Part shown: positions 1 to 11,640 of the stretch, one piece after another | How positions within the stretch are numbered: position 1 is the stretch's first letter | Layout: each line of letters starts with the position of its first letter | Made by a program: the position numbers and the translations under genes | Assembly: GCA_038919385.1 (NCBI GenBank) | Contig: JBCKZH010000001.1 | Span: forward strand, 26,192-90,191 | Source: Vicinamibacterales bacterium | GTDB lineage: Bacteria > Acidobacteriota > Vicinamibacteria > Vicinamibacterales > UBA2999 | Direction of reading: 5' to 3' | Length of the DNA: 64,000 nucleotides | Notes under the pieces: generated by a model | Told to the model about the DNA's origin: nothing | Seen by the model: only the letters and a program-made list of their open reading frames with translations | Databases searched by the model: none

Positions 1-3000
1 CGAAATGCTCGAGGCGGTCGATCGTGTCGAGGGTGCGCTCGAGCCGGTCGATCAGCGAGCCGGTGTCGATGAAGCCCAGATCGCGCGCCGACAACGTCGC
101 CAGCAGGGTCATCGCGATGTTGGTGGGCGAGGTGCGGTGCGCCACCCGCGGCTCGGGGTCGAACTGCACGTTGTCGGGCGGCAGAAAGTGATGCTCCGCG
201 GTGACGAAGGTGTCAAAATATCGCCAGGTCCTTTCGGCGACCGTCCGCAGGTACTCGCGGTCCTCCTCGGTGATCTCCGGCCGCAGGGACGGCACCGGCT
301 TGCTCAGGACGAACGCAATCAGTGGCGCCGCGAACCACAAGGCGAGAATCGGAATAGCGATCGGCCACGCCGCCGGCCGCGCCACGATCACCAGGAGCAG
401 GGCGACACCGGCAATCACGGGGCTGGCGCGCATCGCCTGGTAGAACTCCGCGACCTTCAGTGCACCGTGCCGCTTCGCGACGGCTGCCGCGGTCTCCCAT
501 TGGAGCAATCGCCCCTGGCCGCGCCACAGCCGCGCCAACGTGACCCCGACGGCGTGCAGCATGTCCGAGGCCTGGTGCGCCAGGAACGTCAAGTGCAGGG
601 CGATGCGCGCGAGATCGGCTTCGAGGTCTTCACCGGACGCGCGTAAGTAGACGCGCACGCCCTGGCTCCGCGGCGGCCCGCCCAGCAGTTGCACCAGCCG
701 GGTGAGGACCGGGAACGCGATCGCGGCGAACGCCATCGCGGTCCAATCCAGCGGCCGGCCGGGCAGCCACGTCCAGCCGGCCATGAACAGTGCGACCAGC
801 GCGGGCGCCACCAGGCTGCGCCGCAGGTTGTCGAGGATCTTCCACCGCGAGATCAGCGGTAGCCGGTTGCGCTCGAAACCGGTGCGGGTCGGCACCCAGG
901 GGAAGAGCCACCACAGAATCTGCCAGTCGCCGCGGACCCAGCGGTGCTGGCGCTTCGCGTGCACCAGCACGTTGGACGGGTAGTCGTCCACCAGCTCGAC
1001 GTCGGTGACCAGCGCCGCCCGGGCATGAAGGCCTTCGAACAGGTCGTGCGAGAGCAGCGCGTTCTCGGGCACACGGCCGTCGAGCGCCGCCATGAAGGCG
1101 TCGACATCGTACAGTCCCTTGCCGGTGTAGATGCCTTCGCCGAACAGGTCCTGGTAGACGTCCGACACCGCGGTCGTGTACGGGTCGACGCCCGTGTGTC
1201 CCGCGTAGGTCCGCGCAAACAGCGAGCCCGCGGCGCTGGCCATGGTGACGCTCACGCGCGGCTGCAACACCGCGTAGCCTTCGACCACGCGCTTCAGCGT
1301 CGGATGCACGACCGGTTGGTTGAGCGGATGCAGGATGATGCCGATCAGCTCGCGCGCCGCATCCCGCGGCAACTGCGTGTCGGAATCGAGCGTGATGCAG
1401 AAGCGCACGGCCGGCAGCAACTCGAGCGGCCCGACGCGCGTCGAGAAGCTGGTGTCGGTCGCGCCGCGCAACAGGCGGTTGAACTCCTCGAGCTTGCCGC
1501 GCTTGCGCTCCCATCCCATCCAGACCTGCTCGCGCGGGTTCCACAAACGATCGCGGTGGAACAGGAAGAACCGCGGCCCGCCCTCGGCCACGAACCTCGC
1601 GTTCAATGCCTCGATGCCGCCGCGAGCCGCGGCCAGCACCACCTCTTCGCCGGGTACGTGCGGTCGATCGGCGTCGGGAAAATCGGTCAGCAGCGCGAAG
1701 TGGATCTGCGGGTCGAGGTTGCCAATCGCCACGACCTCAAGCTGCTCAAGGCGGCGCTGCACGTTCTCGATCGAGGTGATGATGGTCGGGACGACCACCA
1801 TCGTCCGCGCTTCGTCTGGGACGCCGCCAGTCAAGTCCAGGCGGGGGAGGCGCCGGGGCGGCACGGCCAGGGTGACCAGCTTCTGCGCGATGGCCAACGC
1901 GAGATCGGTGGCCGGAATGGCGAGGAGGAGCGCGGCCACCACCATGGCCAGTGACGAAGCGCCGGCCGAGCGCGCGTACCAGAGCCCGCCAGCCATCAGC
2001 AACAGGGTGAGCGCCGCGATCGAGCCGAGGTAGACGGGGGTGGCGTGGCGCAACGCGACGCGGCGAACGCGGTGCGCGAGCTTGGGGCGGTACGCCAGGT
2101 CAATCTCGAGCCCCTCGCGGCCGTTGCCCACCAGGTGAAAGCCGACATGCGCCGCGGCCCGTGACTGTTTCCGTTCCGCCGCCTGCCGCGCCGACTCCAC
2201 CGCCTTGAGGGCGACGCGAATCTGCGCCTCGCCGCTGACCTCCGCCAGTTCCTCGACCGCCTGGCGCTGGCGATCGCGGCTGAGGAAGTCCATGCGCGCG
2301 AACATCCCGCTCGGGTCGCGACGCAGCACGTTGTCGACCAGGCTGACCGCCTCCACGTAGTGACGCCAATCGATGGTGGCGCACAGCCGCAGGCTGGTGA
2401 TGGCGTTGGCCACGGACGCCTGGCTGGTCGCCTGGCGTTGGTGCTCGACCCGAACGATGTCTTCGGCGACGGTGTTGCGGGCGATTAGGTGCGCTTCGAG
2501 CGCGGCGCGCAGCGGCGATCGGCGCGCGTCGTATTCGCGGGCGCGGTGCAGCATCTGCACCAGGTAGGCATCGTGCGAGTCTGGCGGAATCCGCACGGCG
2601 GCCTCGGGCGAGCCCGCATCGATGCGGGCGACGTGGGCGTCGGCGGCGCGCCGGGCGGTGCGGCCGGCGAACAGTTCCGCCACCAGCCGGCGCAGGTTCT
2701 CGATCAGCGCCAACTTCAGCATGATCGGCCACGCCCAGAGTTCACCGATCGTGAGAGGCGCGACGCGTTGATAGCTGTTCAGGAACTGCGTGAGTTGCGG
2801 GACCTCGAGCCGGCTGTCGCTGTGGCGGAGCAACTCGACGGCCATGGCGTAGATGCGCGCGTCGCCCGCTTTCTCGCGTGTGGCGAGGGCCGGCAACTGC
2901 TGGTAGAACGGCCGCGGCAGGTGCTCGCGGATCTCGACAATCTCCGACGAGATGAGGTGATAGTTGTCGAGGAACCACTCGGTGGCCGGGGTGACGAACT

Positions 3001-3232
3001 CGCCGTCGTGGACGTCCTCGGCGAGGATTTGATAGGCGTGCCGCAGCACGCGGGCGTTGTGGCTCAGGCGCCGGTAGATGTTGCGCGCGCGGCGCCGCTG
3101 GGGATCGACGGTGAAACTCGCCGCGAGGGCGAGCGCCCGCTCCTCGAGCCGCTCCGAGCTGAGCAGCTCATCGCGAAACGGCTTGTCGCTGTCCCGATCG
3201 TCCGGAAGCCAGGTATGGAAGAACAGATGCCC
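1..3232 (-). CDS. Cyclic beta-1,2-glucan synthase family protein (NdvB/ChvB-like), N-terminal ~1077 codons; C-terminus lies beyond the window edge
   Basis: Not in the supplied ORF track because it runs off the edge. Hand translation of the minus frame (codon low coordinate = 2 mod 3) is open from 3232 to 2. It gives LLSSERLEE, FLDNYHLISSEI, GYAVLQPRVS, HRWVRGDWQILWWLFPWVP, HRTSPTNIAMTLLATLSARDLGF and LERTLDTIDRLEHF, motifs I recognise from NdvB-type synthases. An in-frame TGA at 3233-3235 bounds it. The start codon is unclear. Confidence 0.85.
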
Positions 3233-3406
3233 TCAGCAATCCAAGAACAGTGCCAGAGGACGTTCCCCTAGATTGTTGGTGCGGCAGCTCAGGTGTAAGC
3301 CCGTGGCTACCCAATGTTGGCAGAGCGCTACTTCCAGCGTGCTCCAGTTGTATCACGATCGGTGGCGGCCGGCCCCTGGGCCGCAATCGCATGGCGCGTT
3401 TCCTGA

Positions 3407-4804
<1,398 letters not shown>

Positions 4805-4819
4805 GCGTTCGCCCTTCTA

Positions 4820-5254
4820 CTACCTGGGCTCAGCCGGTGCGACCGCCTTGGCTCCGAACAGTCCTGCGAAATGCCGGACGTTCCACGTCAGGATCTCGCC
4901 GCATTTCGCCTTCCGCGCGGCGGCGGCGATACAGCCGTCGTAGATCCGTCCGCCCGCGATCCCCATCTCGGCCAGATCGCTCAAGGTGCGCCAGGTCTCC
5001 GCCGCGGTCAGCGCGATCGTCTCGGCCTTGCTCCAATTGCGGTCGAGCACCGTCAGCGCATCGGCCGGCGCCAGGCGGTGCGGTGGCGGCAGGCGCGTCA
5101 GCACGGCACACGCTTCGACCAAGCCATGTGCGGCCAGAACGAAGACGTGTCCGGCGGCCCGTCGGCGGGAGAGGTCCGCGACGGTCGCGCGATGATGTTC
5201 GTGTTGCGTGATGGCAGCGGCGATCAGGCAGTTGGTGTCGAGCAGGACCCGCAT
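4820..5254 (-). CDS. vapC: PIN-domain toxin (VapC family)
   Basis: 144 aa. N-terminal MRVLLDTNCLI (PIN Asp), C-terminal ILTWNVRHF. ATGA overlap with the upstream antitoxin gene. Confidence 0.85.
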   Translation of the reverse strand: MRVLLDTNCLIAAAITQHEHHRATVADLSRRRAAGHVFVLAAHGLVEACAVLTRLPPPHRLAPADALTVLDRNWSKAETIALTAAETWRTLSDLAEMGIAGGRIYDGCIAAAARKAKCGEILTWNVRHFAGLFGAKAVAPAEPR

Positions 5255-5529
5255 CAGACGTCCGTTCGCGCCGCTGGCGTCGAGCGCAGGCGAATCGCGT
5301 CGACCGTCGCATCGACGTCCTCTTGAGTCAACACCGGGACCCCCTCGGCCGGCACCGCTACCCAGAACGCACCCTGCTTCTCGATCGTCACCCGTGCCCG
5401 CGCCGGCTCGAGCTCGATGCGGCCGTCAATGACTCGGACCTCGAGTTCGGCACCCGGCCTCAATCCGGCCCGGTCCCGGGCCGCCTTGGGCAGCACGACG
5501 CGGCCGGCAGAATCCATGGAGGTGATCAT
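5254..5529 (-). CDS. vapB: AbrB/MazE/SpoVT-type antitoxin (VapB)
   Basis: Internal ATG at 5529 gives MITSMDSAGRVVLPKAARDRAGLRPG (SpoVT-AbrB looped-hinge-helix signature). The stop overlaps the vapC start (ATGA at 5252-5256). Confidence 0.8.
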   Translation of the reverse strand: MITSMDSAGRVVLPKAARDRAGLRPGAELEVRVIDGRIELEPARARVTIEKQGAFWVAVPAEGVPVLTQEDVDATVDAIRLRSTPAARTDV

Positions 5530-6218
5530 GGTAGATATTTTACCATTCCTTGTGCCAGAAAGGACGCCGCCCTGGCTGGCTCTCCCGCAAGGCTGAGCGC
5601 GGCTTCGACCAGGGCTTTCGCCCATTCAGGCGTGCGCCCGAGGGCAGCGGCGTCGTCCGCCGCCGGGTACACGAGGCGCCGGTCTGCCAGAGCCAGGACC
5701 AACACAGGATCCGGGATCGGATCGCCGATCGCGGCTTCGGTGGAGTTGTCGTAGACGACCAGGTGTGCCAGATGCGGCATCAGCGCGATCAGGTTGCGCT
5801 GGGCCTTGGGATAGCGCGCCCGAATCGTCGTCTCGGGAATGCTGTGGCCGCCCTGGGCCACGCGGGCGTGCATCCGTGCCAGATGACGATCGGCGGAATC
5901 GAGTCCGCAGAACCAGACGATGACGTCGTGCGAGACGGTTGCCGACTGCAGCTTCGCGGCGATGGTTCGACCGCCCAGCGTGGTCTCGAATGCAAATGAC
6001 TGGCCCCCGGCCACGGCTTCGTCAAGGCGGCGTACGCCCTCTGCCCAGGCATGCGCGTTGGCCGCCTTGAGGTCGGAGCTCGTGTCGGCGATCAACTCAC
6101 GCGCAAAGGTGTCGGGGTTGAACCACGCGAGGCCGGCGCGTGTCAGCAGGTGACCGCCGATCGAGCTCTTGCCCGCACCGTTCACGCCGGCGAGCACATA
6201 GAGGACCGGCCGTGCCAT
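5526..6218 (-). CDS. Zeta-toxin-like P-loop kinase / predicted ATPase
   Basis: 230 aa. Walker A YVLAGVNGAGKSS at the N-terminus, with size and layout typical of the Zeta_toxin/COG4185 family. The stop overlaps the vapB start. Confidence 0.8.
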   Translation of the reverse strand: MARPVLYVLAGVNGAGKSSIGGHLLTRAGLAWFNPDTFARELIADTSSDLKAANAHAWAEGVRRLDEAVAGGQSFAFETTLGGRTIAAKLQSATVSHDVIVWFCGLDSADRHLARMHARVAQGGHSIPETTIRARYPKAQRNLIALMPHLAHLVVYDNSTEAAIGDPIPDPVLVLALADRRLVYPAADDAAALGRTPEWAKALVEAALSLAGEPARAASFLAQGMVKYLP

Positions 6219-6577
6219 CAGTAGCCAGTGCCAGCCTTGACCTTGCCGTGAAGCCGTGCCGCGCCCTTGCCGAGGGCACGCAGACGATTGGCCGCATCGG
6301 AGTTGTGCAGTACCGCGAGCCTTTCGTCGAAACGGTGCCGGAGGCCTTGCAGGCTGGCTTCTGACTTCGAATCGTTCTCTTTCACGATCGCGAGAAGCCG
6401 CTGGTACTGCTGGGCGGAGAGGATGACAGCCTCAGGCACTGAATGATTCGTCACGACCACCGGGCCATTCGCCGTGATGGTGCGCATGATCCCCCGCCAG
6501 CCGCGCTTCTTCACATCGGCGGCCGGGATTTGCGGCAAGCCTGTCAGTTCGGTACTCACGAGGCCATTATGCCCCAA
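6218..6577 (-). CDS. Phd/YefM-type antitoxin partner of the zeta-like toxin
   Basis: 119 aa. GPVVVTNHSVPEAVILSAQQYQRL resembles the Phd/YefM core. ATGA overlap with the zeta-like gene at 6216-6220. The start is uncertain (TTG 6577 or GTG 6559). Confidence 0.65.
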   Translation of the reverse strand: MGHNGLVSTELTGLPQIPAADVKKRGWRGIMRTITANGPVVVTNHSVPEAVILSAQQYQRLLAIVKENDSKSEASLQGLRHRFDERLAVLHNSDAANRLRALGKGAARLHGKVKAGTGY

Positions 6578-6600
6578 TTTGCCATAATGGGCAAATGGGG
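6564..6600. promoter_or_regulatory. Interleaved inverted repeats (A-B-A'-B') at the 5' end of the antitoxin gene; candidate operator
   Basis: CCATTATG (6564-6571) pairs with CATAATGG (6583-6590). CCCCAATTTGCC (6572-6583) pairs with GGCAAATGGGG (6590-6600, one-nt bulge). Confidence 0.35.
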
Positions 6601-6608
6601 CCCGGCCT

Positions 6609-7118
6609 CTAGCTCTTTTCGATCTTCACCGACTTGACGACGATTTCCCTGGCCGGACGATCCTGCGCGGCGGTCTTGGTCTTGCCGATGGCGCGCACGA
6701 TCTCGATACCCTCGGTGACCTCGCCGAAGATGACGTGCTTGTTGTCGAGCCACGGCGTCGGCGCCAGGGTGATGAAGAACTGGCTGCCGTTGGTGTTCGG
6801 GCCGGAGTTGGCCATTGACAGCAGGCCGTCGCGATCGTGGCGCAGGCCCGGGCCGAACTCATCGGCAAACTTGTAGCCGGGGCCGCCCATGCCATTGCCC
6901 ATCGGGCAGCCACCCTGGATCATGAAGCCGGCGATCACGCGGTGGAACACGAGGCCGTCATACAACGGCTTGGACACTTTCGCCCCGGTCTTGGGGTCGG
7001 TCCATTCCTGCGTGCCGGCGGCGAGGCCGACGAAGTTGGCCACGGTCTTCGGCGCCTTGTCGTCGTAGAGCTTGACCTTGAAGGTGCCCTCTGAAGTGTC
7101 GAATGTCGCGGTCGTCAT
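6609..7118 (-). CDS. Peptidyl-prolyl cis-trans isomerase, cyclophilin type
   Basis: 169 aa with [32 protein letters not shown] and [11 protein letters not shown]. No signal peptide. Confidence 0.95.
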   Translation of the reverse strand: MTTATFDTSEGTFKVKLYDDKAPKTVANFVGLAAGTQEWTDPKTGAKVSKPLYDGLVFHRVIAGFMIQGGCPMGNGMGGPGYKFADEFGPGLRHDRDGLLSMANSGPNTNGSQFFITLAPTPWLDNKHVIFGEVTEGIEIVRAIGKTKTAAQDRPAREIVVKSVKIEKS

Positions 7119-7134
7119 GACGTAATCATAGCAA

Positions 7135-7162
7135 GGGCAGGTCGGGCAGGTCGGGCAGGGTC
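7135..7162. repeat. Nonamer tandem repeat (GGGCAGGTC x2 plus GGGCAGGGTC)
   Basis: Read directly in the spacer between the PPIase and hydrolase genes. Confidence 0.9.
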
Positions 7163-7174
7163 ACCGAGACGGCC

Positions 7175-8225
7175 GTGGAGAACGGCCGGCAACTGCAGGG
7201 CCACGTGGCCCTCACCGTGAACGGTCAGGCCGTCAACAAACGGTTCGTCATCCGCCTGCCCGCCTCCGCCAAGGCTACGGCGGGGCAGGCCCCAGCCTGG
7301 AATGGGTCGCTCGTGATTGGTGCGCATGGCGGGTCTGGCGGCAACAACTTCGATCGCAACGGCAACGTCATCGGGACCGACGAAACGGCACTGGATGATG
7401 TGATCGGCAGGCATGCGCTGGCGAATGGCTTTGCCTATGCCAGCTTCGACCGCGAGGGCGCCGTGTCTGCGCGAGACGGTCTCCGGCTCACGTACGAGTT
7501 CACGGCGCGGGCCAAGGCCGGCGTCGCGCGACTGGGCGGACGCGCGCCGGCGCGGCTCTATCTGGTTGGCCTATCGATGGGTGGAGGTATCACCCGGCTC
7601 GCCGCTGAAGATCCCCAGGAGGTGTTCGCCGGCACGTTGATCATCGCCGGCGCCGGCGGCGATCTCGTGACGAATCTCGATCGCATGACCAAGATGGCCG
7701 GATTGTGGCGGCTGATCGACCCCCTCGCCCACATCGGTTTGGCGTCGAGCGATCGCAAGGTGCTCGCGTACGCCGAAGCCGTCGGCACGCCGGTCGAGGC
7801 GCGCCGCCTGTGGCCGTATACGGGCTCGGGCGCGGTGGCCGCCGCCGCACGTCCGCAGATGGCGACTAAAGAGACTACCGGCGAGGTTCACGTCCCCACC
7901 ATCGAAGTGGTCGGGACCTGGGACGATCTCGCGATCGGGGAGCTGCGTGCGTACCGCACGCGCGTCCATCCTGAAGATCTCCATCGCTTGTACCAGGTCA
8001 ACCGCGTCTGGCACATGTCCGGTGATGACGATGGCGTGATGTCGTTCCAAATACCTCGCCACGTCGCGCATGAGGCTCGACCCGGATGTCGCCAACGCCA
8101 TGGGCGAGGGCCCGTCGTATCTGCCGACCGTGCGGGAGGCGTTCGATCGCCTCGTCCAGTGGGTGGAGAAGGGCGCGCCCGCGCCGGTGAGCCAGACCAT
8201 CGAGCCCGCCGCGAAGTTACGCTAG
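7175..8225 (+). pseudogene. Alpha/beta-hydrolase with an apparent +1 frameshift near 8040-8051
   Basis: The GVGLSMGG-type nucleophile elbow (LYLVGLSMGGG) is in frame A. After ...GDDDGVMSFQ, frame A turns Arg-rich. Frame +1 reads KYLATSRMRLDPDVANAMGEGPSYLPTVREAFDRLVQWVEKGAPAPVSQTIEPAAKLR and stops at 8223-8225. Frame +1 has a TGA at 8037-8039, so the switch lies within 8040-8051. Confidence 0.6.
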
Positions 8226-8316
8226 CGTCGGGTGCCAGGCTCAGAAACACGTCGTAACTGCCTGGAGAGAGGCGACCGGCCGCGCTCTTTGTTATCATGC
8301 CGACGGAGGTTTGACC

Positions 8317-11300
8317 ATGCGCGCGTTCCTGGCAGTGCTTCTCCTCATTCCGGCGACGGTCTTTGGCCAGACGGTGACCGGCACGCTGCAGGGCACGATT
8401 ACCGACGCCAGCGGCGGCGTGCTGCCTGGCGCGACGGTAATCACCCACAACCAGGACACGGGGCAGCAGCGCGTCACCGTGACCAACGGCGCCGGCTACT
8501 ACGTCGTCCCGTTCCTGCCGATTGGCAGCTACGAGGTCAGTGCCGCCCTGTCCGGGTTCCGGACCAGCGTCCGGCAGCGCGTCGCTGTCACGCTCAACGA
8601 CACGCGGGTGGAGGACTTTGCGCTGACGCCGGGGGCCGTGTCCGAGACGGTCACGGTGATCGGCGAGACGACGCCGGTCAATACCACCAGCGCCGAGATC
8701 AAGCACTCGCTCAACGAGCAGCAGATCGAGGATCGGCCAACCGCCAATCGCGGGAGCTTTCTGGGCCTGGCAGAAACCTTCGCGGGCTTTTCGGAGAACC
8801 CCACGTCGGGTCAAAACAATCCCACTGCCTCGTCTGGCTAATCGATCAACTTCAACGGCACGGGCACGCGTGGGACGACGTTCCAGATTAACGGCGTCAA
8901 CAACGACGATGCGTCTGAGAACCAGAATCGGCAGGGCGCGGCGCTGGCGACGATCAAGGAGTTCCAGGTCATCAGCAACACCTACTCGGCCGAGTTCGGG
9001 CGGGGCTACGGCGCGGTCGTCCTGGTGCAGACCAAGTCCGGCACCAACCAGCGTCACGGCGAGGCCTACGAGTATCGCCAGCAGGCCAAGTGGAACGCCC
9101 GCAGCGCGTTCTCGTTGACCAAGCCCAACAATGTCCGCGATCAGTTCGGCGGGGTGATGGGCTTTCCGATCGTCCGGAACCGGCTGTTCGCCTTTGCCAG
9201 CCTCGATCGCAAGCGCTTTGAGGGGCTCCAGACCTACACGCGTGATCTGTTCCTGGCCAGTGAACTGGCACAGCCCCGCCTCACGCGTGACAACGACACC
9301 CCGGCCAATCGCGACTTCATCAGCGCGATTCTGGCGCGCTTCCCCAGCGTCACTCCCAACGACGCCCGCAGCCCGCGCACCTACCAGACGCCGCAAGCGA
9401 TCAACCAGCCCGCCGCCGACCACTCCGCCCGGCTCGACTGGTTCCTGAACCAGAGTCACATGGTGTGGGGCCGCTACCAGTTCACCCGGCAGGTGTTCGA
9501 ATCAGACGATGTCGTGGTCGGCGAGCAGGCGCGGCAGAACCACCGGCAGGGCAACCTGGGAGCGACGTGGACTCACGTGCTCGGGGGTGCGACCGTTGGC
9601 GAGTTGCGCTATGGGCTGGGGCTGCGGTTGACGCGGGTCGACATCGCCGCGGGCAACACGACCCCGATCGTCCGGTTCGCGGCGTCGCCGGTGTCCGGAT
9701 CGATCATCGGCAACGCCGGCAGCTTTCCGATCAACCGCGACCAGACCGATCACCAGGTCGTCTACAACCTGACCCGCCTCTTCGGCCGAACGCATCAGCT
9801 CAAGGCGGGCATCGATGCCCGGTTCTCGGCACTGGATGACTTCGCGGATAGCTTTTCGCGTGGCTTCTGGAACTACAACGCCAACTGCGGCGGCGTGATC
9901 TATCCCTCGTCGTACGCCGCATTTCTCGACGGCTGTGTCGCGAGCTATCAACGGGCCTGGGGGCCGTTCTTTCTCGAGAATCGCATGCGCGAATACAACC
10001 TCTACGTCGAGGACAGCTGGCGGCTGCGCTCCAATCTGTCGCTCAACCTTGGCCTGCGCTATGAGTACGTTGACGCGCTGCACGAGGCCGAGGGCCGGCT
10101 CGACTACGGCTTCACCGACGACCGCAACAACCTGCAACCCCGGCTCGGAGTGGCGTGGTCGCCGGTGTGGCAGTCGGGACCACTTGGCTGGCTGTCCGGC
10201 GGCCAGGCCGGCGGCTTTGCCATTCGCGGCGGTTTCGGCCTCTACGATGGGCGCATCTTCCAATCGGTCTTTTCGCAAACCGGCGCGAGCTTACGGACGA
10301 ACCCGCCGAATTCACTGTCGGCGACTTTTTCGACGTTGCCGAACACCCTGAATCCCGCCGACCCGACGCTGGGGTTTGAGTTCGTGCCCGGTCCGCAGAC
10401 GGCCCGCCACGCGCTGACGATTGCCGACGGCAACCTGGAAATGCCGCGAACCCAGCAGTGGAACCTGACGGTGGAGCGTCGTGTGCCGTTCAACTCGACC
10501 CTGCGGGTGTCGTATACCGGCACGCGCGGCCAGGGCATGATCAAGTACGCCCTCGCCAACCTCCCCGTATCACCGCTGGCGGGAGCCGCGGTCGTGGCCG
10601 ATCATCCGAACAACGCGCCCGCCGCCGGCTTCCCGGATCTCAGGGGCAAGACCATCGATCGCATCGCCGCCGACGTCAATTGCGCCGGCACGGGGCTGCC
10701 CGGCATTGGCGTGACCGCGCAGTGCCCCAATGTCGTGCCCATCGCCGACAACGAGATCAGCTTTCGCGTGCCCCGCACCAACGAACGCCGGCCCGATCCC
10801 CGTTACACCACCAACGTTGTCGTGTCGAACCAGGCCGAGAGCTGGTACGACGGCCTCCAGGTTGAATGGACGCGCCGCCTCTCCCGCGGCCTGTGGTTCC
10901 AGGCGAGTTACACCCGCAGCCAGGCCGAAGACACGACCTCCGAGGCGACGGCGGTCGGCGCCGGCGATTCCAACCAGCTCGGCCCAGATGCCAAGTACGC
11001 GCGCGGCTACTCGCGGTTCCATACCCCGCACCGCCTCACCGTCAGTGGCAGCTACCGGCTCCCGTTCTGGCGCGAGCGCCGCGATCTGGCGGGGATTCTG
11101 CTCGGCGGATGGACGGCGTCGGCAGTCGTGCGACTGGCGCATGGCACGCCGTTCACGATCTCCGACACGGGGCGGGACCTGAACTTTGACAGCTTCCCCG
11201 AAGCCCGGCCGATTCTGATCGACACCTCGATTCTAGGTACGACCGTCAGCGATCCGTCGACGTCGACGTCGATTCTGGCTGCATCGAAATTCCGCTCCGC

Positions 11301-11568
11301 GCAGTACGGAGAGACGACCGGCATCATCGGCCGGAACACCTTTTTTGCCGACGGTGTCCGCACCGCCGACCTGGCACTGATCAAGGCGTTCCAGGTCGCC
11401 CGGGGTCATGCGGTCACGTTCCGGCTCGAGGCCGACAACGCCTTCAACCGCGTGCAATACGGCTTCCCAACCGCGGATCTGTCGAACGCCAATTTCGGTC
11501 GCCTGCTGACGGGCGCGACGACCTACGCGCCGCGGTCGCTCCAGCTGGGCATTCAGTACAAGTTCTAG
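8317..11568 (+). pseudogene. TonB-dependent receptor (carboxypeptidase-regulatory-like domain + plug + barrel) interrupted by one in-frame TAA
   Basis: ORFs 8311-8841 and 9025-11568 are in the same frame. Translation across TAA 8839-8841 continues as SINFNGTGTRGTTFQINGVNNDD...IKEFQVISNTYSAEFGRGYGAVVLVQTKSGTN, a conserved plug region. Signal peptide MRAFLAVLLLIPATVFGQ; C-terminal ...LGIQYKF. Confidence 0.75.
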
Positions 11569-11640
11569 CAGAGCGAATCACGGCAGCGCCGCCAGGCGGT
11601 CACGGCGACGGCGCCAACCGAGCTACACTGGCGCGGGTTG

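Noticed and set aside
5-2033. Several plus-strand ORFs (5-646, 944-1954, 1320-2033) and minus ORF 630-1544
   Set aside because: All lie within, and out of frame with or antisense to, the glucan synthase frame that reads through the whole region with strong family motifs.
7888-9459. 523-aa minus-strand ORF
   Set aside because: It spans the hydrolase 3' end and the receptor 5' region on the opposite strand. Both sense genes have strong family signatures; the antisense product has none.
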